DNA of 32,000 bases from the NCBI RefSeq assembly GCF_000341395.1, contig NC_020304.1:2550001-2582000 (forward strand). Direction: 5' to 3'. This document shows positions 1 to 7,650 of this stretch, one piece after another; the stretch's first letter is position 1, and every line of letters begins with the position of its first letter. The notes under the pieces are model-generated. The model was given only the letters and a program-made list of their open reading frames with translations. It was not told where the DNA came from and searched no databases. This DNA comes from Desulfocapsa sulfexigens DSM 10523. Its GTDB lineage: Bacteria > Desulfobacterota > Desulfobulbia > Desulfobulbales > Desulfocapsaceae. The position numbers were made by a program, and so were the translations under genes.

Positions 1-88
1 GATCAACATCCCAGTCAAATTGCTTTAATCTGTCGTAGACAGAAATACGCATTATTTCATCATCTTCAGCAAGAAGTATTCGTACCAT
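1..88 (-). CDS. Response regulator receiver domain, N-terminal fragment (gene runs off the window start)
   Basis: The reverse complement of 1..88 reads ATG GTA CGA ATA CTT CTT GCT GAA GAT GAT ..., giving MVRILLAEDDEIMRISVYDRLKQFDWDVD. This is a typical CheY-like receiver start: a hydrophobic beta-1 followed by an acidic pair. The ATG (86..88) lies 7 nt downstream of the kinase stop (95..97), so the two are likely co-transcribed. The output domain is not visible. Confidence 0.6.
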   Translation of the reverse strand, partial: MVRILLAEDDEIMRISVYDRLKQFDWDVD

Positions 89-94
89 TTTTGA

Positions 95-1696
95 TTATAT
101 CTCCATCGTATTTTGGGGGTATTCAGGGATGGTGACTGTAAAGGTGGTTCCAGTTCCTTCTTCACTTGTAACGGCTACCGTTCCTTTCATTTTACCAACG
201 AGAGTATAGGTGACGGACAGGCCAAGGCCTGTTCCTACCCCGACATCTTTAGTTGTGAAAAAAGGATCAAAGATGTGAGTCAGAATATCTTCAGCAATCC
301 CTGTGCCTGTGTCCGTAAATGTGAATCGAAGCTGCTGCTCTATCATTTCGGAGCGTATGTGCAATGAGCCGCCGTCAGGCATTGCCTGGATAGCATTGAG
401 ACCAAGGTTTACAAAAATCTGTTTCAAGGCCTCTGCGTCGACATAGCATTCCTGCTCAATACTGTTTTCCTGGTGAATAACAATGCCTTTTAATTTGTAA
501 GAAAGGAGTTCGAGGCATTCACCCAGCAGAGTCGCCACGTTTATTTTACGTAATTGTAACGGCTCCTGCCTGCCAAAATTGAGGAGTTGACGCATGGTGT
601 GCTCTATTTGTTTCAGTCCTTTGTGGAGAAGGGGGAGGTACCGTTCATGCATTTCAAAATCTTCTGGATTTTCCCGCATGGATTTGACCAGATTAAGCAT
701 TCCCCCAAGTGGATTATTGACTTCGTGGGCAATACCTGCTGAGAGGATCCCCATGGAGGCCATTTTCTCGTTGAACAGAGTCTGTTGCCTGGTAGTTTCG
801 ATCTCTTTCTGGTAGCGGACAATACGCTGACAGAGTTCTGAAAAATGATCACTGAGGTGGCCAATCTCATCGTTACCGAATGGTAGCATCAGCTGGTCTG
901 GTTCTGTTTCCGGAAAGGATTTTATGGCGGTGGAGAGTCTGTCAAGTCTGCTGACAACGAGGGTGTTGAACATAATTAACAGGGTTATGGAAACCAGGAC
1001 AAAGCTGATAAATCCAATGATAAAAAGAGACCTGTTATTTGCCTGTATTTTCTCATCGGCCCAGGCGATAGGGATGGTGATTGACAGGGCTCCTCGTATG
1101 TCGCCCTGGCTGTAACCATGGCGGGCATGGCATCCCAGACATGAGTCTTTGGTCTCAAGAGGGGCCATATAGCGTACAACACGGCCCTGGGGAGTGTCCC
1201 TGATTGCGATAGACTCTAAAAAACCATGATCGAAGTTTATCATACAGAGTTTTTCAAATTCATCTGGACCGTTTTCGGGATTAACAGGATGCAGACTGGT
1301 AACGCGGAAACTGCCAAGACCTTTATCCTGCGAATATTCGGAGAGTTCCCTGGTGACCATTGCCGGATTTCGCATCACATATTCATTCCCCTCCTGATCC
1401 CTGATGCTTGGCAGATCAAGGTATGGATTCTTGTTCACGGTATCCTTTCTGATAACGAAGAGTCCATTATGTTCAGAAACCCATTGCCTGGTAATAAGAA
1501 TCTGATTGTAGAGCATACGCGCCTGCTGTTGAGCCTGTAAAATAATCAGTTCATTATCAACCAGGGAAGTTCTGTAGAGAAAAACCATATAGGAGACAGA
1601 AATTATGGTGCCAATGGCCACTATGAACTTACCGCGCAGGGAAAACTTAGATTCCATCCACAGGTAAAGGGTTCTGAAACTGATAATTGATTTCAT
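95..1696 (-). CDS. Sensor histidine kinase with periplasmic haem-c (DUF3365/Tll0287-like) sensor domain, HAMP, HisKA and HATPase_c
   Basis: 533-aa ORF. Two hydrophobic helices (FIVAIGTIISVSYMVFLY and SLFIIGFISFVLVSITLLIMF) flank a roughly 190-aa loop. The loop carries the DUF3365 pattern (ITRQWVSEHNGLF ... NPENGPDEFE ... RYMAPL ... CLGCH ... GDIRGALSITIP), including one CXXCH. An H-box (AGIAHEVNNPLGG) and a G-box (GTGLGLS) follow. Confidence 0.9.
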   Translation of the reverse strand: MKSIISFRTLYLWMESKFSLRGKFIVAIGTIISVSYMVFLYRTSLVDNELIILQAQQQARMLYNQILITRQWVSEHNGLFVIRKDTVNKNPYLDLPSIRDQEGNEYVMRNPAMVTRELSEYSQDKGLGSFRVTSLHPVNPENGPDEFEKLCMINFDHGFLESIAIRDTPQGRVVRYMAPLETKDSCLGCHARHGYSQGDIRGALSITIPIAWADEKIQANNRSLFIIGFISFVLVSITLLIMFNTLVVSRLDRLSTAIKSFPETEPDQLMLPFGNDEIGHLSDHFSELCQRIVRYQKEIETTRQQTLFNEKMASMGILSAGIAHEVNNPLGGMLNLVKSMRENPEDFEMHERYLPLLHKGLKQIEHTMRQLLNFGRQEPLQLRKINVATLLGECLELLSYKLKGIVIHQENSIEQECYVDAEALKQIFVNLGLNAIQAMPDGGSLHIRSEMIEQQLRFTFTDTGTGIAEDILTHIFDPFFTTKDVGVGTGLGLSVTYTLVGKMKGTVAVTSEEGTGTTFTVTIPEYPQNTMEI

Positions 1697-1768
1697 ATGA
1701 TTCTCTACAGGGAGTTGGGGAAAGTATGTGTTGTGTGAAATGTTGCGCTACCGAAAGGTAACATCTTT

Positions 1769-1784
1769 TGTCGAAACTGTCGAA
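1769..1784. promoter_or_regulatory. Tandem direct repeat TGTCGAA-AC-TGTCGAA, candidate activator binding site
   Basis: Read directly: tgtcgaaactgtcgaa sits in the divergent intergenic region, about 150 nt upstream of the candidate -24/-12 promoter. There is no experimental or family-specific consensus to compare it against. Confidence 0.2.
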
Positions 1785-1933
1785 TATCTTCAGTAATTAA
1801 CTATTTAGTTTAGTTCTTTCCTTTTTATTGTTTGTTACTAAACGGTATCATGGGATTGGTGGTGTGTTACCTTGAAGTAGCACTTCAGGGAAGCATGTGT
1901 AGTAATCTTTTGAAATTACAGAGATAATATTTT

Positions 1934-1950
1934 AGGTACACTTTTTGCTA
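1934..1950 (+). promoter_or_regulatory. Candidate sigma-54 (-24/-12) promoter for the cytochrome/Hao operon
   Basis: aGGtACacttttTTGCta has GG at 1935-1936 and GC at 1947-1948, separated by exactly 10 nt as in TGGCAC-N5-TTGC, and the TTGCT -12 element is intact. It lies about 128 nt upstream of the GTG start at 2076 and faces a two-component system. The match to the -24 element is partial. Confidence 0.45.
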
Positions 1951-2075
1951 GTTGTTTTTAATTATGATGGCTTTGACTTTATATGAATTGAAGTGATAGG
2001 CTTTAGAGGAGTCTGCATTTATATCGTTTCAAGGGGGAGAAAGTCAAAAGATGAATAACCTAAGGGGAGGTCTAG

Positions 2076-2630
2076 GTGGAGAAGAAGTATAAATCAAGTG
2101 ACTATGCGCATGTCCTGAGATTAGCGGTGATTCTTGTTGGTGCCGTGGCTCTTGGACTGTTAGTAAGGGGAATGTTTCTTCCCGATACCATGGGCCAGTA
2201 TGGTCATTATCGGGGAAGTGATCTGGTGGACCAGCGTAACGTTGAAATAAGAAGCCACACCAACGAGTCGTGCTACGAGTGCCATCGTCCAATCAGACTC
2301 ATTCATAAAGCCGGTGTTCATAAAACAGTGTCTTGCGAGTTCTGCCACGGCCCCTATGCGGATCATGTAAAAGACGACAAATATGTTGCAAAGATGCCGG
2401 TTACAAGAGGCATGGAGATAAAAACACTCTGTCTTCGCTGCCATAATAAGATTATCCGGGCTCGTCCTGAGGAATCCATCAAGGTTGTTGCCATGCCGCA
2501 GCATCTTGAAGAGAAGAAGGTGAACGTGGAGCATAACTGTAATCAGTGTCATATGGTTCATGATCCATTGCTCTGGATAAAGGCTGCCTACGAAATGATG
2601 GGTATGGAGATGAAGGAGGAGAAGAAGTAA
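2076..2630 (+). CDS. Membrane-anchored tetrahaem c-type cytochrome (cytochrome c3-family/Cbc-like electron-transfer subunit)
   Basis: GTG start 5 nt after the RBS AAGGGGAGG. N-terminal hydrophobic anchor VLRLAVILVGAVALGLLV. Four CXXCH motifs (CYECH, CEFCH, CLRCH, CNQCH). The stop overlaps the next start (TAATG). Confidence 0.85.
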   Translation: MEKKYKSSDYAHVLRLAVILVGAVALGLLVRGMFLPDTMGQYGHYRGSDLVDQRNVEIRSHTNESCYECHRPIRLIHKAGVHKTVSCEFCHGPYADHVKDDKYVAKMPVTRGMEIKTLCLRCHNKIIRARPEESIKVVAMPQHLEEKKVNVEHNCNQCHMVHDPLLWIKAAYEMMGMEMKEEKK

Positions 2631-3433
2631 TGATTGATATACAAAAAGAAATACAGAAAGACCGTCGTGCCTTCATCAAGAACGTCCTCAGTGGTACCAT
2701 TGCCGGGTCACTGCTTATGGTCATTCCTGCCGGAGCTGCACTTGACCAGCGTTTACCGGAACAAATTTCAGGCATAAGGGGAGATGATTCACCTTTCACT
2801 GAGAAGAAATTTGCCTTTGTAGTGGATGTTACAGCCTGTATCGGTTGTGGATCCTGCTGTGTTGCAGACAAAAATGAGTATAATGTTCCCGACGGCAACT
2901 ACCGTACCTGGGTTGAAAGGTACATTATTGACGACCACGATGAGGTCTTTGTTGACTCACCCAATGGTGGCCTTGATGGCTACACCGAAGAAAGAACGGA
3001 TATTCCTTATCCGGTTCGGGACACCTTTTTTGTCCCCAAACTCTGCAATATGTGTGAGAAACCCTCCTGTGTTCAGGTATGTCCTGTGGGGGCGACATAC
3101 AAGACCGAAGACGGTTTTATACTTGTTGACAAGAATCGCTGCGTCGGTTGCGGCTACTGTATTCAGGCCTGTCCCTATTCGGTGCGTTTTCTGAATCCCA
3201 TAAGCAAAACCGCTGAAAAATGTACCTGGTGCTATTCGCGGGTGCGTCAGGGGTTGTTACCGGCCTGTGTCAATGTCTGTCCTGTGCATGCGCGTAAATT
3301 CGGTGATCTGAATGATAAAACGTCCGAAGTGTATAAGCTTTTACGTGAACCCCACGTGATTTCCGTACTTAAGCCGGGTATGGGGAACCAGCCAGCGCTT
3401 CATTACCTTGGATTGAGAAGGGAGGTGGTCTAA
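2630..3433 (+). CDS. Tat-exported 4Fe-4S ferredoxin-type subunit (NrfC/PsrB/DmsB/HybA family)
   Basis: Twin-arginine leader KDRRAFIKNV. Four Cys groups: CIGCGSCC, CNMCEKPSCVQVCP, CVGCGYCIQACP and CTWCY...CVNVCP. Translationally coupled on both sides. Confidence 0.9.
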   Translation: MIDIQKEIQKDRRAFIKNVLSGTIAGSLLMVIPAGAALDQRLPEQISGIRGDDSPFTEKKFAFVVDVTACIGCGSCCVADKNEYNVPDGNYRTWVERYIIDDHDEVFVDSPNGGLDGYTEERTDIPYPVRDTFFVPKLCNMCEKPSCVQVCPVGATYKTEDGFILVDKNRCVGCGYCIQACPYSVRFLNPISKTAEKCTWCYSRVRQGLLPACVNVCPVHARKFGDLNDKTSEVYKLLREPHVISVLKPGMGNQPALHYLGLRREVV

Positions 3434-4626
3434 TGAGCGTAGCAGCCCATGGCGAGACTGTCGCCGCAATTTCAAATTTTATTTTTCCCAATGATCTTCA
3501 TGTTCACTGGAGCCTGATGATCGTCCTGTATCCTTATATTACAGGGCTTGTAGCCGGTGCCTTTATCGTCTCCTCCCTGTATCATGTCTTTCATATAAAG
3601 GCATTAAAACCAGTGGCCAGGTTTTCACTCCTTTTTGCACTCGCTTTTCTTATCTGTGCAACCTGGCCTCTGCTCAACCATCTTGGACATCCGGAACGCG
3701 CGCTGTCGATGATGCTTACTCCAAATCCAACATCTGCAATGGCAGGTTTTGGTTACATCTACTCAGCCTATTTTATTGTCCTCCTGCTTGAGATTATCTT
3801 TATTTTCAGGCCTGTTGTGGTGGGTTTGAGAGAGAAGGCCACAGGCTTTATGAGGGTGCTGTACGGAATCCTTGCCATTGGAAGTGACAATGTATCTGAG
3901 AAGGCGTTGAAAATTGACCATAAGATTATCGCGTTTCTAGCTGCCATCGGTATCCCCATGGCCTGTGTCCTCCATGGCTATGTTGGATTTATCTTTGGCG
4001 GTATTAAGGCCAATCCTCTGTGGGCAACACCACTTATGCCCCTTATCTTTCTGCTATCTGCATGTGTATCCGGTATTGCCGGGATTATTCTTACTTATAT
4101 CCTGCTGATGAAGATTTCCGGGAGAGCTATAGATATGGATTGTGTCCAGACACTTATCAAGTTTCTCTGGGGATTCTTTATTCTTGATTTTGTTTTTGAG
4201 ATGCTTGAGTTGTTTTCGCATTTCTATATGGCAACACATCACTGGCATACCCTTGAAACACTGTATTCAGGACCACTGTTTAACACTTTCTGGGTTTTTC
4301 AGGTTGGAATCTTCTCTGTGATCCCCTTCTTCCTGCTGATGTTTATGAGTCTGATCCGCTTTAAGGATGGATTACTGCTCTTCTTTGCACCCATCGTTTC
4401 CATCATGATCCTTTTGCAGGTACTGCTTATGCGCTGGAACGTTGTTGTCGGTGGACAGTTGATGTCTAAAAGTGAACGCGGTGCCACTACGTTTCATCCA
4501 ATGTGGCTCGAGAAAGAGGGTATTCTGCCAGCGATAATTATCATGATAGCTCCCGTTGTCATCCTCTGGATAATCGGCAAAGTTCTGCCATTCTGGGTGG
4601 ATGATGAGGGCGTTGAAGCGGTTTAG
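3433..4626 (+). CDS. NrfD/PsrC-family polytopic membrane protein (putative quinol-interacting subunit)
   Basis: 397 aa, hydrophobic helices throughout and no Cys motifs. It sits immediately after an NrfC-type FeS gene, as in the nrfCD, psrBC and dsrOP arrangements. TAATG start overlap at 3431-3435. Confidence 0.85.
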   Translation: MSVAAHGETVAAISNFIFPNDLHVHWSLMIVLYPYITGLVAGAFIVSSLYHVFHIKALKPVARFSLLFALAFLICATWPLLNHLGHPERALSMMLTPNPTSAMAGFGYIYSAYFIVLLLEIIFIFRPVVVGLREKATGFMRVLYGILAIGSDNVSEKALKIDHKIIAFLAAIGIPMACVLHGYVGFIFGGIKANPLWATPLMPLIFLLSACVSGIAGIILTYILLMKISGRAIDMDCVQTLIKFLWGFFILDFVFEMLELFSHFYMATHHWHTLETLYSGPLFNTFWVFQVGIFSVIPFFLLMFMSLIRFKDGLLLFFAPIVSIMILLQVLLMRWNVVVGGQLMSKSERGATTFHPMWLEKEGILPAIIIMIAPVVILWIIGKVLPFWVDDEGVEAV

Positions 4627-4641
4627 AAGAAACCCTGGTTA

Positions 4642-4677
4642 CCCTTCAGCCATCTTCTTTTTGAGGGGGCTGGAGGG
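4642..4677 (+). other. Intercistronic stem-loop between the NrfD-like gene and the octahaem gene
   Basis: cccttcagcc (4642-4651) pairs with ggctggaggg (4668-4677): 10 bp including one G-U, with a 16-nt loop. No U-tract follows, so it is not a canonical terminator. Confidence 0.3.
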
Positions 4678-4763
4678 GTATAAAGTTGTTTTACAAGACA
4701 CGTTTTTGTGAGAGCCGGCACTAACCGGTAAATTATAAATTTTCCTATGGGAGGAAAGAAAAC

Positions 4764-6350
4764 ATGCAATATTGGAAGACATATCTTTCGATGGCAGCGC
4801 TTGGATTAATGATTGCTAGCCCTTCATTTGCAACGACTAAAGCATCCACGAATACTCAGGACGAAGCGATTAAAGAGGCAAACATCAAGTGTATCAACTG
4901 CCATCAGAAAGAAAACTACTCACTGGTTATGCAGTGGAAAAACTCTCCCCATGCAGCGGCCCAGGATGGCTCAGTTGCCTGTTTCAACTGCCATGCTGCT
5001 GATGAAGGTGATGAGTTGGGCTATATGCATGAAGGGGCATTAATAAAGACCATTATAACCCCCAAGGACTGCGGGTATTGTCATGCCGATGAAGTGAAAC
5101 AGCAGGCACCTTCTCATCACGCTTCTGCCGGTCAGATTATGGCCTCCCTGGATAACGTCGTAGGCGAGGTTATCTGTTCCATGGAAGACAAGGCCGATGC
5201 GGTAAATGGCTGTTGGCAGTGCCATGGTTCTGTTATTAAAATCCAGAAAGGTGCTGATGGTAAACCACTTTTGAATCAGCACAAAGCTGTTATGCTCGAT
5301 CCCATGACCTATCCCAACTCTGGTATTGGGCGTCTCCATCCGGATGGAACCAAAGGTGCCTGTAATGCCTGTCATGGTAAGCACTCATTTAAGGCTTCCA
5401 CAGCTCGTCAGCCTGAGAACTGCGGAAAATGCCATCTTGGCCCTGATCACCCACAGGCTGAGATTTATCTCGAGTCCAAGCATGGTATTGCCTATTTTAC
5501 CGCCACCCGTGATAGGGGGATGAATGGTATGAATATTCATAAATCCGGTAAATGGGTACTTGGTAAGGACTATTACACAGCTCCTACCTGCTCCACTTGT
5601 CACATGGGCTCCTATATGAAGTCAGATGGTTCTGTTGCACCGAACACCCATAATGTTGGTGACCGTATTTCCTGGACTCTTCGTCCCAAGGTATCTGTTA
5701 AACTGAACCGTGTTGAATTTGAAGACGGTACTCAGAAAGATATCCCTGGTGATATTGCCCCTCAGCCTGGACAGCTTATCAAGTACAAGGAATTCAAATT
5801 TGTAGACGATAAGTGGAAGGAAGTACCCGTGGAAAAAGAAGCCACCAAGGTTGTTGCCTGGAGTGAGCGTCGCGACAATATGAAAGCTGTTTGTAAGCAG
5901 TGTCATGGTGAGCAGAAGGTGGATAACTTCTACACCCAGTTTGACGCTCTCGTTGTAACCTACAATGAGAAGTTTGCAAAACCTGCTGGTAAATTGTACG
6001 GAATGGCAATGGAAGATGGTCTGATCCACGGATCAACCTTTCATACCGAGCTTGGATGGCATTGGTGGGAACTCTGGCATCATGAAGGGCGTCGTGCCCG
6101 TCACGGTGCTGCCATGCAGGGACCGGATTATACCCATTGGCACGGAATGTATGATGTTGCTCATAACTTCTATTTCAAATTCATTCCAGAACTTATGCAT
6201 CTTGCCGAGTCCAAAGGAATGGGTGAAAAATACAAGAAAATTGTTGGCGAACTTCTCGCTAAACCCGAGCACCAGTGGTACCAGAAAGGCTTTGGTGAAG
6301 ATGTAATGAAAGACATCAAAGCTCAGGAAAAAGCACGTTACAAGCAGTAA
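4764..6350 (+). CDS. hao: Periplasmic octahaem cytochrome c, hydroxylamine oxidoreductase (HAO)-family, probable reductive Hao-type enzyme
   Basis: RBS GGGAGGAAAG. Sec signal MAALGLMIASPSFA-TT. Exactly eight CXXCH motifs (CINCH, CFNCH, CGYCH, CWQCH, CNACH, CGKCH, CSTCH, CKQCH), with no CXXCK and no CX15CH. A C-terminal block, WELWHHEGRRARHGAAMQGPDYTHWHG, is one I recognise from HAO-family proteins. The family call is from memory of motifs, not a search. Confidence 0.75.
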   Translation: MQYWKTYLSMAALGLMIASPSFATTKASTNTQDEAIKEANIKCINCHQKENYSLVMQWKNSPHAAAQDGSVACFNCHAADEGDELGYMHEGALIKTIITPKDCGYCHADEVKQQAPSHHASAGQIMASLDNVVGEVICSMEDKADAVNGCWQCHGSVIKIQKGADGKPLLNQHKAVMLDPMTYPNSGIGRLHPDGTKGACNACHGKHSFKASTARQPENCGKCHLGPDHPQAEIYLESKHGIAYFTATRDRGMNGMNIHKSGKWVLGKDYYTAPTCSTCHMGSYMKSDGSVAPNTHNVGDRISWTLRPKVSVKLNRVEFEDGTQKDIPGDIAPQPGQLIKYKEFKFVDDKWKEVPVEKEATKVVAWSERRDNMKAVCKQCHGEQKVDNFYTQFDALVVTYNEKFAKPAGKLYGMAMEDGLIHGSTFHTELGWHWWELWHHEGRRARHGAAMQGPDYTHWHGMYDVAHNFYFKFIPELMHLAESKGMGEKYKKIVGELLAKPEHQWYQKGFGEDVMKDIKAQEKARYKQ

Positions 6351-6375
6351 CAGGTTGTTCTCCTGCTAGTATTAC

Positions 6376-6410
6376 GCTCCGGAATCTTTCTGGTTCCGGG
6401 GCGTTTTATT
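6376..6410 (+). terminator. Rho-independent terminator after the octahaem gene
   Basis: gctccggaa (6376-6384) pairs with ttccggggc (6394-6402): a 9-bp GC-rich stem with one G-U and a 9-nt loop, followed by gttttatt. Confidence 0.55.
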
Positions 6411-6534
6411 CGTCTGTTTTTGTATTCATCCAATGTGTTTTTTGCAATGATTACAGTTTTGGCTTGCTGATTACTTCAGTGAATCATCAAGCCTGAACCG
6501 TAAATATTTACCACATTTATTAAAGGAAAACTAA

Positions 6535-7209
6535 ATGAACTTCTCAACAACAATGCAAACCAAGACTCTTTTTCTCACACTGTCCCTGTTTTTTTATACC
6601 TGTGGAATTGGAGTCAGTCAGACAGTTGACTATTCGGCTCTGTCTAAAACTGAATTGCAAAACAGGATTGCAGGTCTTGAACTTGGCCTCGGATCTTATG
6701 TTATTGGCAAAAAAATGACCCCAGAACAGCTGGAAATTTCTAAAAAAAATAATGATTACAAGGCCTATCCAGGAACAGTAAAATTCAAAGATGGAGATAT
6801 CTTTGTTATTGCTGATGCGCAGTCAGATGTCGTGATAGCGGTTTACAAACGAAATAAAAAAGCTAACAAAAACGATTTTAAAGTAACGATCAGCGAGCTT
6901 ATGATGCTCTATGGAGAGCCAACTGCTGAGGCCCATGGAAAAACTATTTATTGGAATTATGGTGAAGACGGATTGATATCCGAGGAGCTTTACAGGACGG
7001 TTAAATCGCAGGGGATGCTTAATACCCTCGTTGTCCTGGCGACTGTAAAATTCACCTCCTCAGAAAATATTGAAACGATAACCGACATGATTGAGATGAT
7101 GAACAAGAAAAATCAGCAGTCAGAAAAAGTACAAAAAAGTGATATCACCAGCGATAATTATATCATGATTCAGTCGGATCTGCTTACCCAAAAATATATG
7201 GATAAATGA
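6535..7209 (+). CDS. Hypothetical secreted protein (ORFan, no recognisable domain)
   Basis: RBS AAAGGAAAA. N-terminal hydrophobic signal-like segment TLFLTLSLFFYTCGIG. Lys/Asn-rich, and the DNA is visibly A/T-rich. The stop overlaps the next ORF (ATGA). Confidence 0.6.
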   Translation: MNFSTTMQTKTLFLTLSLFFYTCGIGVSQTVDYSALSKTELQNRIAGLELGLGSYVIGKKMTPEQLEISKKNNDYKAYPGTVKFKDGDIFVIADAQSDVVIAVYKRNKKANKNDFKVTISELMMLYGEPTAEAHGKTIYWNYGEDGLISEELYRTVKSQGMLNTLVVLATVKFTSSENIETITDMIEMMNKKNQQSEKVQKSDITSDNYIMIQSDLLTQKYMDK

Positions 7210-7232
7210 ACTCCCTTTTGCAAGGAAACACT

Positions 7233-7532
7233 ATGATACAAAGACTCCTATTAGTGATAAGTCTCGTCCTGTCCAGTTCTGGGGCAATAGCTGCGGATCT
7301 GCCAGATAGTTCTGATTTGCCCAGAATGCCCGATGCATACCGCAATAATGACTACAAGGATCTCAGTAAGAGAAATCCCTATGGGATGTCAGTTTACGAT
7401 ATTGCAGAGCGAAAGGCCGAAGAGGATATCTTCGGATCTGAAGTTATTTCCCTTGAAGAGTCCAGAAGAATACTGGAGGAACGAAAGGCGAAGAACAAAG
7501 AACAGGCAGGTGTTGTACAGGAAAAGGAATAA
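7233..7532 (+). CDS. Hypothetical small secreted protein (ORFan)
   Basis: Start chosen at the ATG preceded by AAGGA, giving the signal peptide MIQRLLLVISLVLSSSGAIAA-DL. The longest ORF would begin at 7206. The mature part is charged and low in complexity. Confidence 0.5.
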   Translation: MIQRLLLVISLVLSSSGAIAADLPDSSDLPRMPDAYRNNDYKDLSKRNPYGMSVYDIAERKAEEDIFGSEVISLEESRRILEERKAKNKEQAGVVQEKE

Positions 7533-7650
7533 TCAACGTGCTGTCGTCAGTATCGATGCATAGATGAATATTGTTTGATTTTGAGGAGAAGAAGGAGGGT
7601 CGCAGGAAGAGGGATTTGAATCTCATTTTTTCAACAAGGGGAGGTTTTAG

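Noticed and set aside
4631-4650. tGGttacccttcaGCc upstream of hao, considered as a second sigma-54 promoter
   Set aside because: The GG-N10-GC spacing fits, but the -12 element lacks TTGC and the -24 element lacks GGCAC. The sequence is better explained as the left arm of the 4642-4677 hairpin.
5622-6029. 135-aa and 80-aa minus-strand ORFs inside the octahaem gene
   Set aside because: They are antisense shadow ORFs within a CDS supported by eight in-frame haem motifs and a signal peptide.
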